Translations under genes and position numbers: made by a program
From: an uncultured virus (IMG/VR IMGVR_UViG_3300032247_001667)
Taxonomy: Duplodnaviria > Heunggongvirae > Uroviricota > Caudoviricetes
Virus record (IMG/VR): IMGVR_UViG_3300032247_001667
DNA length: 64,000 bases
Reading direction: 5' to 3' (one strand)
In this document: positions 9,248-18,695 of the stretch, piece after piece
Numbering within the stretch: the stretch's first letter is position 1
Layout of the letters: each line of letters opens with the position of its first letter
Notes under the pieces: model-generated
Database searches by the model: none
The model's input: the letters and a program-made list of their open reading frames with translations, nothing else
Told to the model about the DNA's origin: nothing

Positions 9248-10126
9248 ATGAAATTATTATACGTTATATATACTCATAATCGAGGCAAAGTTCTAGAACA
9301 ATGCTTGTCTTCTTTATTTAATAAAAATACTACTAAACCAGACAGAGTTTTAATTATAGATGATGGATCAAATTTAGATGTAAAAAATTCATTATATGAA
9401 TTTTCATTACAAAATTCATCTAAAATTCCAATAGATTTTTTCTGTATTAATAAAAATGTTTTTTATGGAGTAGCCGCTGAATTTGGATTTAGAATGGCTG
9501 CGGTTTACGATCCAGAATATGTTTTCTTTATAGAGAGTGATTATATTTATAATAGAAATAGCGTAGATACAGTAATGGATGTTTTTGAAAATAATGAATA
9601 TGGTAAAAATTGTGTTGGTTTCGCTGGTTATGATGGTCCAGATTTTTATAAAAAAGAACATACAGATAAAATATATCCAGAAATTTTAAGAACTGATTAC
9701 GGAGAAGATAATTTAAATAGATCAATAATGTATAAACCATTCGACATTGAAACTAAATTTGGTAAAAAACAACTAGAATTAGTATCAAATTCTTGTGGCA
9801 CAATGTATTTTAATTGGCAAAAATTAAAATTGCTCAAACAAGATTTTCCAAATGAATTTGAAAATTGGATATTAAGAGTAACAGAAAAAATTAGCCCAAG
9901 AGCAGAAGGCGCAAAAAGAAGCCTTAGCGATGGAATAATGAGTCATGGTATTTCTTGGCTATGGACAAAATGGGCGATTAAGAATAATGTAGATATAAAT
10001 AAATATGCAGCTTTATTAAATATTAAACCAAGTGTGGCAGATCATATAAATGGAGCTGGAATTAATGGATATATAGTTGGAGAAGGCCAAACATTTGTTG
10101 GCAGTCCTTCATGGAAAGATGATTAA
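9248..10126 (+). CDS. GT2-family glycosyltransferase
   Basis: IYTHNR, IIDDGS, FIESDY. Confidence 0.75.
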   Translation: MKLLYVIYTHNRGKVLEQCLSSLFNKNTTKPDRVLIIDDGSNLDVKNSLYEFSLQNSSKIPIDFFCINKNVFYGVAAEFGFRMAAVYDPEYVFFIESDYIYNRNSVDTVMDVFENNEYGKNCVGFAGYDGPDFYKKEHTDKIYPEILRTDYGEDNLNRSIMYKPFDIETKFGKKQLELVSNSCGTMYFNWQKLKLLKQDFPNEFENWILRVTEKISPRAEGAKRSLSDGIMSHGISWLWTKWAIKNNVDINKYAALLNIKPSVADHINGAGINGYIVGEGQTFVGSPSWKDD

Positions 10127-11498
10127 ATTAATCATATTTGATTTGGATGGAGTTTTAATTGATGCAAGAGAACTTCATTATGAGGCCCTTAATAAAGCTT
10201 TATTTAGTATAGATCCAAAATTTACAATCAATAAGGAAGAACATTTATCTACATACGATGGTCTTCCAACTACTAAAAAACTTGAATTATTAACTAAAAA
10301 TAAAAATCTTCCTAAAGAATCATATTCAAGCATATGGAGTAGTAAGCAGAAGTATACAAAAGAAATAATAGATTTTGGATTTACTTTTGACGAATCTCTT
10401 AGAAAAGTTTTATTTAAATTAAAAGAAGATGGATATAAAATATATGTAGCATCTAATTCTATCAGAGAAACAGTAAAAATGTCTTTACTTAGAAAAGGCT
10501 TTCTTGAGTTTATTGATGGATATTTTTCAAATGAAGATGTTAAAAATCCAAAACCAAAAACTGAAATATATCTAAAATGTATGATTGATGCTGGGTGCGA
10601 TCCAAAAGAATGTTTGATTGTAGAGGATTCTTATGTTGGAAGAAAAGCTGCTTTGGCTTCTGGAGCATTTTTATGTGGAGTTATGAATACTTCAGATGTT
10701 ACTTATGAAAAGATAATAGACTCAATCAATAAAGCTAATAACAATATTATTAATACTAAAGAAAAATGGCAAGGTGGTAAAATGAAAGTATTAATTCCAA
10801 TGGCTGGAGCAGGAACTCGATTTGAGAAAGCTGGCTATACATTCCCTAAACCATTAATTGAAGTAAGAGGAAAGCCAATGATTGAAGTAGTAGTTGATTC
10901 TTTAAATATAGATGCTGAACATGTTTTTATAGTTCAAAAAGATCATTATGATAAATTTTCATTAAAAGATACTTTAAATCTTATATCGCCAAATTGCAAT
11001 ATATCTATCACCAAAGAACTAACAGAAGGAGCAGCTTGCACGACGTTATTAGCCAAAGAATTTATTAATAATGACCAACCACTATTAATAGCTAATTCAG
11101 ATCAATATCTTGATTGGGATAGTACAGAATTTATGTATTCTATGCTAGCAGATAATATAGATGCTGGTATTTTAGTTTTTGAATCTACTCATCCAAAATG
11201 GAGTTATGCAAAATTAAATGAAAATGGTTTTGTTTGCGAAGTAGCTGAAAAAAAACCCATAAGTAATCTTGCAACTGTAGGAGTATATTTCTGGAGAAAA
11301 GGCTCGGACTATGTTAAATATGCCGAACAAATGATTCAAAAGAATATAAGAGTAAATAATGAATTTTATGTTTGCCCAGTATTTAATGAAGCAATACAGG
11401 ACGGCAAAAAAGTAAAAGTATTTAAAATTGAAAATAATAAAATGTGGGGAATTGGAACACCAGAAGATTTAAATTATTTTCTAGAAAATCATAAATAA
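10119..11498 (+). CDS. Fusion of HAD phosphatase and sugar-phosphate nucleotidyltransferase
   Basis: IFDLDGVL, KPK and VEDS (HAD); LIPMAGAGTRF...PKPLIEV, ANSD, EKKP and GTPEDL (NTP transferase). Confidence 0.9.
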   Translation: MIKLIIFDLDGVLIDARELHYEALNKALFSIDPKFTINKEEHLSTYDGLPTTKKLELLTKNKNLPKESYSSIWSSKQKYTKEIIDFGFTFDESLRKVLFKLKEDGYKIYVASNSIRETVKMSLLRKGFLEFIDGYFSNEDVKNPKPKTEIYLKCMIDAGCDPKECLIVEDSYVGRKAALASGAFLCGVMNTSDVTYEKIIDSINKANNNIINTKEKWQGGKMKVLIPMAGAGTRFEKAGYTFPKPLIEVRGKPMIEVVVDSLNIDAEHVFIVQKDHYDKFSLKDTLNLISPNCNISITKELTEGAACTTLLAKEFINNDQPLLIANSDQYLDWDSTEFMYSMLADNIDAGILVFESTHPKWSYAKLNENGFVCEVAEKKPISNLATVGVYFWRKGSDYVKYAEQMIQKNIRVNNEFYVCPVFNEAIQDGKKVKVFKIENNKMWGIGTPEDLNYFLENHK

Positions 11499-11499
11499 T

Positions 11500-12264
11500 A
11501 TGAAAATAGCAATATGTTTGTCTGGACATTTAAGAACTTATAAGCAAACAATAGGAAATTTTTTAAATCTCAAGAATTTTTTAAGTCAATTTGGGGATAT
11601 AGAAATATTTATCTCTACTTGGGATACTGTAAACTCTAACAGCAGTTGGAGTAGAAGTTTAAATACTACATCTGAAAATAATGAAACAATTAATGAACAA
11701 GAGATAATCCAATTATATAAACCAACAAAAATTAATATTGAAAACTTTAATAAATTAAAACATTTATTTTTAACTAAAAATTTCACTAATTTTAATCCTC
11801 AAGAAAATTTGAAAGATAACAGAAGAGGAAATTTAGACTTTCTTTATGCAATACCTCAATTTTATAAAATATTCGATTGCAATAGTTTAAAATCTGAATA
11901 TGAAAATGAAAATGGATTCGCTTATGATTTAGTAATAAGACAAAGATTCGATCATAATTTTATTAATTTTGTTGATTTAAATTCATTAAATAAAGATATT
12001 ATTCATATTGGTATAAATCATGAATATAATTTACAAGACCCAACATGGACATTATCTAATGGATATAGCACTTGCGATCAATTTGCTATAGGTTCAAGTG
12101 AAAATATGAATTTATATTCTTCAGTTTATTCTAATTTATCTAATTTACTTAAAAAAGAAACATACTCAGAATGTGGAGAAAGAATACTTTGGGAACATTT
12201 AAAATTTTTAGGAATAAAAATTGAAACATGCATGAAGAATGACATACATTTAATAAGAGGATAA
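11500..12264 (+). CDS. Putative glycosyltransferase-like protein
   Basis: MKIAICLSGHLR...YDLVIRQRFD...DQFAIG, a pattern typical of glycan loci. Confidence 0.55.
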   Translation: MKIAICLSGHLRTYKQTIGNFLNLKNFLSQFGDIEIFISTWDTVNSNSSWSRSLNTTSENNETINEQEIIQLYKPTKINIENFNKLKHLFLTKNFTNFNPQENLKDNRRGNLDFLYAIPQFYKIFDCNSLKSEYENENGFAYDLVIRQRFDHNFINFVDLNSLNKDIIHIGINHEYNLQDPTWTLSNGYSTCDQFAIGSSENMNLYSSVYSNLSNLLKKETYSECGERILWEHLKFLGIKIETCMKNDIHLIRG

Positions 12265-12277
12265 TCAATTTTTAAAA

Positions 12278-13306
12278 ATGAAAATTAAAGTTTTTGATGA
12301 TGACCCAAGGTTAATTACTGACCCTAATTACGTTAAAAGAATGGGTAGCTTTGGAACAGTTGCTTTTAATATGAATAAAGCTCTAAAAGAATTAGGTTAT
12401 CATGCTGAATTGGACGAAGCAGATTGGGTAGGAAAATGTGGAGCATTAGACCCTCAATTTCAATATAAAGATAAAAAAAGTTTTTATATTAACGTATGGG
12501 AAACAAATAACAGTATACCGCATTACCTTTTGCATAATGCACAAGGTAAATTGATATTTGGACTTTGTGATAAAATTACAAATATTTGGAGAAAGTATGG
12601 ATTTGAAACAGAAACAATTTACGCTGGATGTGATACAGATTATTGGCATCAAACAAAAGAAAAAAATAAAAACCAATTTGTATTTTGCCATATAAATCAT
12701 TCTACAGTAAGAAGCTCACTTGAACTAACGATACAAGCATTCGCTAAAGTATTTAAAAATAATCAAGATGTTAAGCTTATAATTAAAGATAGCTCTGAAA
12801 ATATTCCATTTAGCAATTATATAAAAAGTTTTGATTGTTCTAATATAAAGCATATAGTTGGATTTTGGGATTCAGATCAAATTAGAGATCTTTACAGTGA
12901 AAGTCATGTTACATTAAATTTACTTAGATCTGCTAGTTTTGGAATGCCACTTTTAGAATGTTCAGCTTGCGATAGCTTATGCTTAACTGGGAATGTAAGC
13001 CCTACAAATGAAATAGTTGATGCTAGTTTCGCTGCGATGATTGAACCAAAAGGTGAAATACCAATTTATCCATACATTGAAGAGGCTGAAATCAAATTTG
13101 GATTAAAAAATTATTATGGTAGATTTTCTTATCCAGAAATGCCATGTTTTTGGGATTTTGATGTAGATGTTTATGCTAATAAAATGCTAGAAATTTATAA
13201 TAATTGGTCAGATTATAAAAAAATAGATAAAAGAACTCCAGTAGTATATAATTGGAAATGGGAAAATAGTGTTAAAAAGTTAATAAACATATTACAAAAC
13301 AAATGA
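12278..13306 (+). CDS. GT4 (GT-B) glycosyltransferase
   Basis: VWET, RSSLELTIQAF, LYSESH, ASFGMPLLE. Confidence 0.8.
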   Translation: MKIKVFDDDPRLITDPNYVKRMGSFGTVAFNMNKALKELGYHAELDEADWVGKCGALDPQFQYKDKKSFYINVWETNNSIPHYLLHNAQGKLIFGLCDKITNIWRKYGFETETIYAGCDTDYWHQTKEKNKNQFVFCHINHSTVRSSLELTIQAFAKVFKNNQDVKLIIKDSSENIPFSNYIKSFDCSNIKHIVGFWDSDQIRDLYSESHVTLNLLRSASFGMPLLECSACDSLCLTGNVSPTNEIVDASFAAMIEPKGEIPIYPYIEEAEIKFGLKNYYGRFSYPEMPCFWDFDVDVYANKMLEIYNNWSDYKKIDKRTPVVYNWKWENSVKKLINILQNK

Positions 13307-14040
13307 ATTTAGTTGCATGCGTAGAAAAAATTGATCTTAATTTTTTAAATAAAAAATATGAGATTAACTATAGTTTTTGGAATAATCCAGGAGAGCAAAC
13401 TCCTCTTAACTCTTCTAGAAGATATCAAAAAGAATTAAATGATCATTTAATTAAATGGAATAAATATGTAAAAGAAGGCTCTATAGCAATAGATATTGGA
13501 TGTCATTCTGGCGACACTTCTATCCCTTTAGGAGTTTTAGTTGGTCCAAATGGAAAAGTTTTATGCTTTGATCCAGGCCCAGTATTTGAAATTTTTACTC
13601 ATAATAAAAATAATAATCAATTCCTTAATTTAGAAGGTTATAATTTTGCCATAACTAAAGAAGAAAAAGTATATGAATTTACATATGGATTCGATATGAA
13701 CAATGGTGGCATTACTGTTAATCCAGAAGACCAAGGAGACAAAGCTCTATGGAAAGGGGTTAATTTTATTTCTCAATTCAAAGATAAAATTAACTTTAAA
13801 GATATTTCATTTATTAAAATTGATGCAGAAGGTTATGATTCTGAAATCTTAATAAGCTTAAAAGACTTACTTAGAGAATACAAGCCTATCATTCAAATTG
13901 AATGGTTTCTCAAAAAAGAAAATGAAATAAAATCAGCCCTGTCAGAAATTAATTATCAAGCTTTTTCTCCATATACAGATATGCCTATTGAAATTATTGA
14001 ACAAAATAAAATACCAGATTTAATTTGTAAATCATTATGA
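13303..14040 (+). CDS. FkbM-family methyltransferase
   Basis: IDIGCHSG, FDP, FIKIDAEGYD, PIIQIE. Confidence 0.85.
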   Translation: MNLVACVEKIDLNFLNKKYEINYSFWNNPGEQTPLNSSRRYQKELNDHLIKWNKYVKEGSIAIDIGCHSGDTSIPLGVLVGPNGKVLCFDPGPVFEIFTHNKNNNQFLNLEGYNFAITKEEKVYEFTYGFDMNNGGITVNPEDQGDKALWKGVNFISQFKDKINFKDISFIKIDAEGYDSEILISLKDLLREYKPIIQIEWFLKKENEIKSALSEINYQAFSPYTDMPIEIIEQNKIPDLICKSL

Positions 14041-14888
14041 TCATAGATTGCTTTCCATTTTTTAAAGAGCTAGACGTATTAGAAATACGTTTAAATTGTT
14101 TAAATGAATATGTAGATAGATTCTTATTAGTAGAATCAGAAGAAACCTTTACTGGTCTAGATAAACCTTTATATTTCTTTGAAAATAATAAAAGATTTGA
14201 AAAATTTTTACATAAAATAGAATACTTAAAAGTTCCTAAAATACCAAACAATTTAGATCCATATAAGGGTCAAGTTAATTGGTCAAGAGAATATTATCAA
14301 AAAAATTATATGATGCATATAATTAAAGAACTCAATCCAGATGATATTGTGATTATATCAGATTGTGATGAAATACCAGACTTATCTAAAATAGATTTCG
14401 CATTAGTGGATGATCCAAAAGTCTTTATTAATAATATGTTTATTTTTAAATTAAATTTAATGATGTTTAATAATGAAACCAGCCTAAAAAGAATAGAAGG
14501 AAATCCTCCAGTAAATAATAAAATCAATGATCCTTGGTTATGGTTTGGTTCTACAATATTGAAGCAAAAATATATTAAAAATCAAGATTTTTGGGGTCAT
14601 CCAAATTTAAGAGAAAGCAGACAACATCTTTCTCAAATCTATGGTGGATGGCATTTTACATTTTGTATGGAAAATAAAGACATACAACACAAGTTGAAAG
14701 CATTTTCTCATGCAGATGCTTTAGATACAAAAGAGATAAATAATAATGACTATATAAATAAATGTATAGCAGATCAAAAAGAGTTTAATGACTGTGGCAG
14801 AGATGTTAAATTAATTGATATTAACTCCGAATATCTACCAGAATATTTAGTACAAAATAAAGAAAAATATAATCATCTATTTAAATGA
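14037..14888 (+). CDS. GT17-like (beta-1,4-N-acetylglucosaminyltransferase-like) glycosyltransferase
   Basis: IDCFPFFKELDVLEIRL, VESEETFTG..KP, SDCDEIP, GGWHF, KLKAFSH. Confidence 0.85.
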   Translation: MIIDCFPFFKELDVLEIRLNCLNEYVDRFLLVESEETFTGLDKPLYFFENNKRFEKFLHKIEYLKVPKIPNNLDPYKGQVNWSREYYQKNYMMHIIKELNPDDIVIISDCDEIPDLSKIDFALVDDPKVFINNMFIFKLNLMMFNNETSLKRIEGNPPVNNKINDPWLWFGSTILKQKYIKNQDFWGHPNLRESRQHLSQIYGGWHFTFCMENKDIQHKLKAFSHADALDTKEINNNDYINKCIADQKEFNDCGRDVKLIDINSEYLPEYLVQNKEKYNHLFK

Positions 14889-15322
14889 AAGTGATATCCC
14901 ATCGAGGGAATTTAAATGGCCCAAATCCAAGTACTGAAAACTCTATACCAGCAATTAATATAGCTTTATATCATGGTTTTGATGTAGAAATAGACGTTTG
15001 GTTTAAAAATAATAAATGGTATTTGGGTCATGATAGACCAATTTATCAAGTAGAAGAATCTTTTCTTCAAAATAAAAAACTATGGTGTCATGCTAAGAAT
15101 TTAGATGCATTAAATTTAATGCTAAAAAATAATAAAATACATTGCTTCTGGCACCAAAATGATGACTTTACTTTAACATCTAAAAATTATATATGGACAT
15201 ACCCCAATAAGCATACAACAGATAATTCTATTATAGTATTAATTAAAAAACAAAAAATACCCAAAAAAACTTTTGGTATATGTACTGATTTTCCAGTATC
15301 ATTCATTAATGAAAAGCAATAA
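14885..15322 (+). CDS. Short GDPD/PLC-like phosphodiesterase-fold protein
   Basis: ISHRGN, EN, VEIDVW, LGHD, WCHAKN, GICTD. Confidence 0.75.
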   Translation: MKVISHRGNLNGPNPSTENSIPAINIALYHGFDVEIDVWFKNNKWYLGHDRPIYQVEESFLQNKKLWCHAKNLDALNLMLKNNKIHCFWHQNDDFTLTSKNYIWTYPNKHTTDNSIIVLIKKQKIPKKTFGICTDFPVSFINEKQ

Positions 15323-15326
15323 TTTT

Positions 15327-16484
15327 ATGGAAACATATCATGGAAAGAAAATAGATACCGCTAATATTCTAAATATTGAGGACGCAAGTAAACTTATTAA
15401 AGGTAGAAAAACAGTAGTAATAACTGGCGTAACTGGCCAAGATGGTAGTCATATGGTTGATTTTCTATTAAAGAATACTGATCTTTTAATATTTGGTGGA
15501 GTTAGAAGATTAAGCGTATATAACCATGAAAATATTAGACATATCAATTCTGATAGATTTCATTTAATTAATTTTGATCTTACTGATGCTCATGCCATTG
15601 CTCGTACTGTAGAAAAATTACAACCAGATTATTTTATTAATTTTGCAGCTCAAAGTTTTGTAGCAAGTAGTTGGGATTTTGCTAGACAAACTTGGCAAGC
15701 TAATTCAACTTCTGTATTAGATATACTAGAAGCAATCAGACTATATAAACCATCTTGTAGATTATATCAAGCTGGATCAAGCGAAGAGTTTGGTAATGTA
15801 TTATATGCTCCGCAGGACGAAAAGCATCCACTAAGGCCAAGAAGCCCTTATGGAGCAAGTAAAGCTGCTGCTAGACAATTAATTAAAGTATATAGAGATT
15901 CATATAATCTTTATGCAATTCAAGGTTGGTTATTTAATCATGAAGGAACAAGGCGTGGAGAAGAATTTGTTACTAGAAAGATTACAAAAAATATAGCAAG
16001 AATAAATTATGCTATAAAAAATAATGAATCATTTATTCCATTAGAGTTAGGAAATGTAGAAGCTAAAAGAGATTGGAGTGATGCCGAAGATTTCGTAGAA
16101 GGAGTTTGGATGATGTTAAATCAAGATTCTTGTAATCCAAATTATAATGGAACTCCTAATGAATACGTATTCTCCTCAAACGAAACCCATACAATTAGAG
16201 AGTTTGTTGAAAAAGCATTTAAATGTGCTGGAATAGAAGGCTCTTGGATTTATGCACATCCAGATGGAACTGCTGAAGACGAGATATTTTGTAGAAAGAA
16301 ATCTGATGGAAAATACGAAGTATTAGTAAAAATTAATCCTAAATTCTATAGACCAGCAGAAGTAGAGCTATTATTAGGAGACTCAACGAAAGCAAGAAAT
16401 GAATTGGGTTGGAAACCAAAGATTTCATTTGACAATTTAGTTAAAAAGATGGTAGAATTTGATATTGAAAATTACAAACCATAA
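15327..16484 (+). CDS. gmd: GDP-mannose 4,6-dehydratase
   Basis: ITGVTGQDGS, AAQSFV, YQAGSSE, PRSPYGASK, FNHE...FVTRKI, RDW, YRPAEV. Confidence 0.95.
   Translation: METYHGKKIDTANILNIEDASKLIKGRKTVVITGVTGQDGSHMVDFLLKNTDLLIFGGVRRLSVYNHENIRHINSDRFHLINFDLTDAHAIARTVEKLQPDYFINFAAQSFVASSWDFARQTWQANSTSVLDILEAIRLYKPSCRLYQAGSSEEFGNVLYAPQDEKHPLRPRSPYGASKAAARQLIKVYRDSYNLYAIQGWLFNHEGTRRGEEFVTRKITKNIARINYAIKNNESFIPLELGNVEAKRDWSDAEDFVEGVWMMLNQDSCNPNYNGTPNEYVFSSNETHTIREFVEKAFKCAGIEGSWIYAHPDGTAEDEIFCRKKSDGKYEVLVKINPKFYRPAEVELLLGDSTKARNELGWKPKISFDNLVKKMVEFDIENYKP
16429..16458 (+). promoter_or_regulatory. Sigma70-type promoter inside the gmd 3' end
   Basis: TTGACA(16429-16434)-18 nt-TAGAAT(16453-16458) with extended -10 TG. 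Confidence 0.6.
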
Positions 16485-16809
16485 ACTTTGTCAATTTATA
16501 GTTAAGAAATATATTAAAGATAACGTAAATTGGGCCAGAGAGATTAAGATTGCTCAGACCTTAATTAAAACCTATAAAGGGTATTCTTTTTGGAATAGTT
16601 TAAAACAATTAAAATTACCTAGTTTAGCTTGGTTTTTAACTGATGAGGGTAAATCTTTCTTAGCTATTGAAGTCAAGAAAAATGATTTATCACTAGATAA
16701 GAAAACAGATAATATTATACTTACTGAAAATAAAGCTGGAGAAGATAAAAAAGTTTGTCAAAAACCTAAAAGTCTGTTAGAATTTATATCATATGGCAAA
16801 AAAATCTAA
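16465..16809 (+). CDS. Hypothetical protein
   Basis: ORF overlapping gmd and recA; TTG 16465 sits where the promoter's start site is expected (track start 16459). Confidence 0.6.
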   Translation: MKITNHKLCQFIVKKYIKDNVNWAREIKIAQTLIKTYKGYSFWNSLKQLKLPSLAWFLTDEGKSFLAIEVKKNDLSLDKKTDNIILTENKAGEDKKVCQKPKSLLEFISYGKKI

Positions 16810-17935
16810 AGAAGAAATTATCGAATCATCTGGACCAAGTGCATCAGATAGACTATTATCATTTTTAAAAGACAATAAAGAAGATCATTATAATTTTGAA
16901 GACGAGGTATATTACAAGGTATCTACTGGTAGCTTGAACCTGGATATCGCTACAGGTGGTGGTTTATGTCCAGGGTTGCATAGATTTATTGGAATGAATG
17001 AAGGTGGCAAAACCTCAGAAGCACTTGAAGTAACAAAGAACTTTCTTAAATCAGTAGAAAATTCTAGGGCTTTACTCTTTAAAGCAGAAGGAAGATTGAG
17101 TAAAGAAGTGAAAGAGCGATCTGGAATTAAGTTTGTAACTGATCCTAAAGAATGGGTTGACGGAACTTGTTTTGTATTTGAATGCAATATTTTTGAAACT
17201 GTTTCAGAATTAATGAAAGATCTCATTCAATCAAATGACGAGAACAAGAGATATATGTTTATTCTTGACTCAGTCGATGGATTAATGACTAAAGGTGATT
17301 CTCAAAAAAGCATGACAGAAGCTACAAAGGTTGCAGGAGGAGCAGTTATTTCATCAATGTTGATGAAGAAAATTTCGCTTGCACTTTCTAAACGTGGCCA
17401 TATGGCTATTTTTATTAGTCAAGTTCGATCTGATATTAAACTTGATCCTTATGCTGCGAATAAAGATATTCGTCAAACTACTGCTACTGGTGGAAATGCA
17501 TTATTACATTTTGCTAATTGGATTCTTGAATTTGAACCAAAGTTTAATAAAGACCTTATTCTTGAAAAACCAAATGATAGATATGACCCAGTAAAAAATA
17601 AAATTATTGGTCATAATGTTAAAATTGCAATCAAGAAATCAACTAATGAATCCACAAATTCAAAAGTACAATATCCAATTAAGTATGGTCGTAAAGATGG
17701 ATCTTCTGTTTGGAAAGAATATGAAGTTATCGACCAAATCTTAGCTTGGGAATTTGCAACTGCTAAAGGTGCATGGGTAACATTTTCGGATGAGATTATA
17801 GAAGAACTCAAGCAACAAAGTCTAGAGCTCAAAAAGCAACATCAAGGAATAGATAATCTAAGATCATATCTTGAAGAAAATAAACCAATTGTTGACTACT
17901 TCTACGATAAATTTATAAAAACACTTACATCATGA
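16793..17935 (+). CDS. recA: RecA-family recombinase
   Basis: VSTGSLNLDIATGGG, Walker A GMNEGGKT, ILDSV, FISQVR, TGGNALLHFA, GAW. Confidence 0.9.
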   Translation: MAKKSKEEIIESSGPSASDRLLSFLKDNKEDHYNFEDEVYYKVSTGSLNLDIATGGGLCPGLHRFIGMNEGGKTSEALEVTKNFLKSVENSRALLFKAEGRLSKEVKERSGIKFVTDPKEWVDGTCFVFECNIFETVSELMKDLIQSNDENKRYMFILDSVDGLMTKGDSQKSMTEATKVAGGAVISSMLMKKISLALSKRGHMAIFISQVRSDIKLDPYAANKDIRQTTATGGNALLHFANWILEFEPKFNKDLILEKPNDRYDPVKNKIIGHNVKIAIKKSTNESTNSKVQYPIKYGRKDGSSVWKEYEVIDQILAWEFATAKGAWVTFSDEIIEELKQQSLELKKQHQGIDNLRSYLEENKPIVDYFYDKFIKTLTS

Positions 17936-18351
17936 GGCTATTAAATATTAACGGCAAGCTCGTTAATAAAAATGTAAGAAATTATCTAGTAGATTGGCAA
18001 GGTAAAAGCCGTAGTAAATTACAGTTTAAATTTAAAGAGTTCTTTTATCCATACTGGAAGAACCATATAGTTTATGAAGAGTTTCCAGTTTATGGTAGTA
18101 TGCTTAAAGTTGATTTATTAAATGCAACTAAAAAGATAGCAGTTGAGATTCAAGGTAATCAACATGAGTCCTTTAATAAGTTCTTTCATGATAATTCACG
18201 ATTAAAATACCTTCAGAGCATAAAAAGGGATGTTAAAAAAGGAAAATGGCTTGAAATGAATGAATTTAAATTCCTTGAACTATATGAGGACGATCTTAAA
18301 TTATTATCACCACAATATATAGAAGAAAAGTGTGGAATATTGATTATTTAA
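17932..18351 (+). CDS. Small PD-(D/E)XK endonuclease (DUF559/Vsr-like)
   Basis: EEFPV...KVDL...IAVEIQGNQH...KRD..K. Confidence 0.7.
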   Translation: MRLLNINGKLVNKNVRNYLVDWQGKSRSKLQFKFKEFFYPYWKNHIVYEEFPVYGSMLKVDLLNATKKIAVEIQGNQHESFNKFFHDNSRLKYLQSIKRDVKKGKWLEMNEFKFLELYEDDLKLLSPQYIEEKCGILII

Positions 18352-18357
18352 GTGTAA
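18352..18357 (+). promoter_or_regulatory. GTGTAA element, 9 nt before GTG 18367
   Basis: TAAGTGTAAAATTACCTAGTG. Confidence 0.6.
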
Positions 18358-18366
18358 AATTACCTA

Positions 18367-18651
18367 GTGGCTAAAAATAAAAAGTTCAATTTTCCTAATA
18401 ATCTATTAAAACAACTAGATGAATGTAGTTTCGGTGGATATATTTTATTTAATTTTAATTCCAAGGGCGAACCTCAAGTATTTACAAAATTCGATAACCA
18501 AATGAACGCTATGGCACTTTTATATTATCTTGGCTCTTGGAGTAGCACAATTGATCAAATAAATATGGATGCTACAGCAGACGCTATTTTACAGCAAGAT
18601 AATAAAAGCAGGGGTGAAGAAGACGATTTTAACGAAGAAGAAAACGATTAA
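18367..18651 (+). CDS. Small hypothetical protein with acidic tail
   Basis: ORF fills the gap; ends EEDDFNEEEND. Confidence 0.65.
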   Translation: MAKNKKFNFPNNLLKQLDECSFGGYILFNFNSKGEPQVFTKFDNQMNAMALLYYLGSWSSTIDQINMDATADAILQQDNKSRGEEDDFNEEEND

Positions 18652-18657
18652 ACTTTG

Positions 18658-18686
18658 TTGACTTTTAATTTATAAGATGGTATCAT
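18658..18686 (+). promoter_or_regulatory. Sigma70-type promoter for the dnaB operon
   Basis: TTGACT(18658-18663)-17 nt-TATCAT(18681-18686), extended -10 TG; ATG 9 nt later. Confidence 0.75.
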
Positions 18687-18695
18687 GTATAAAGC

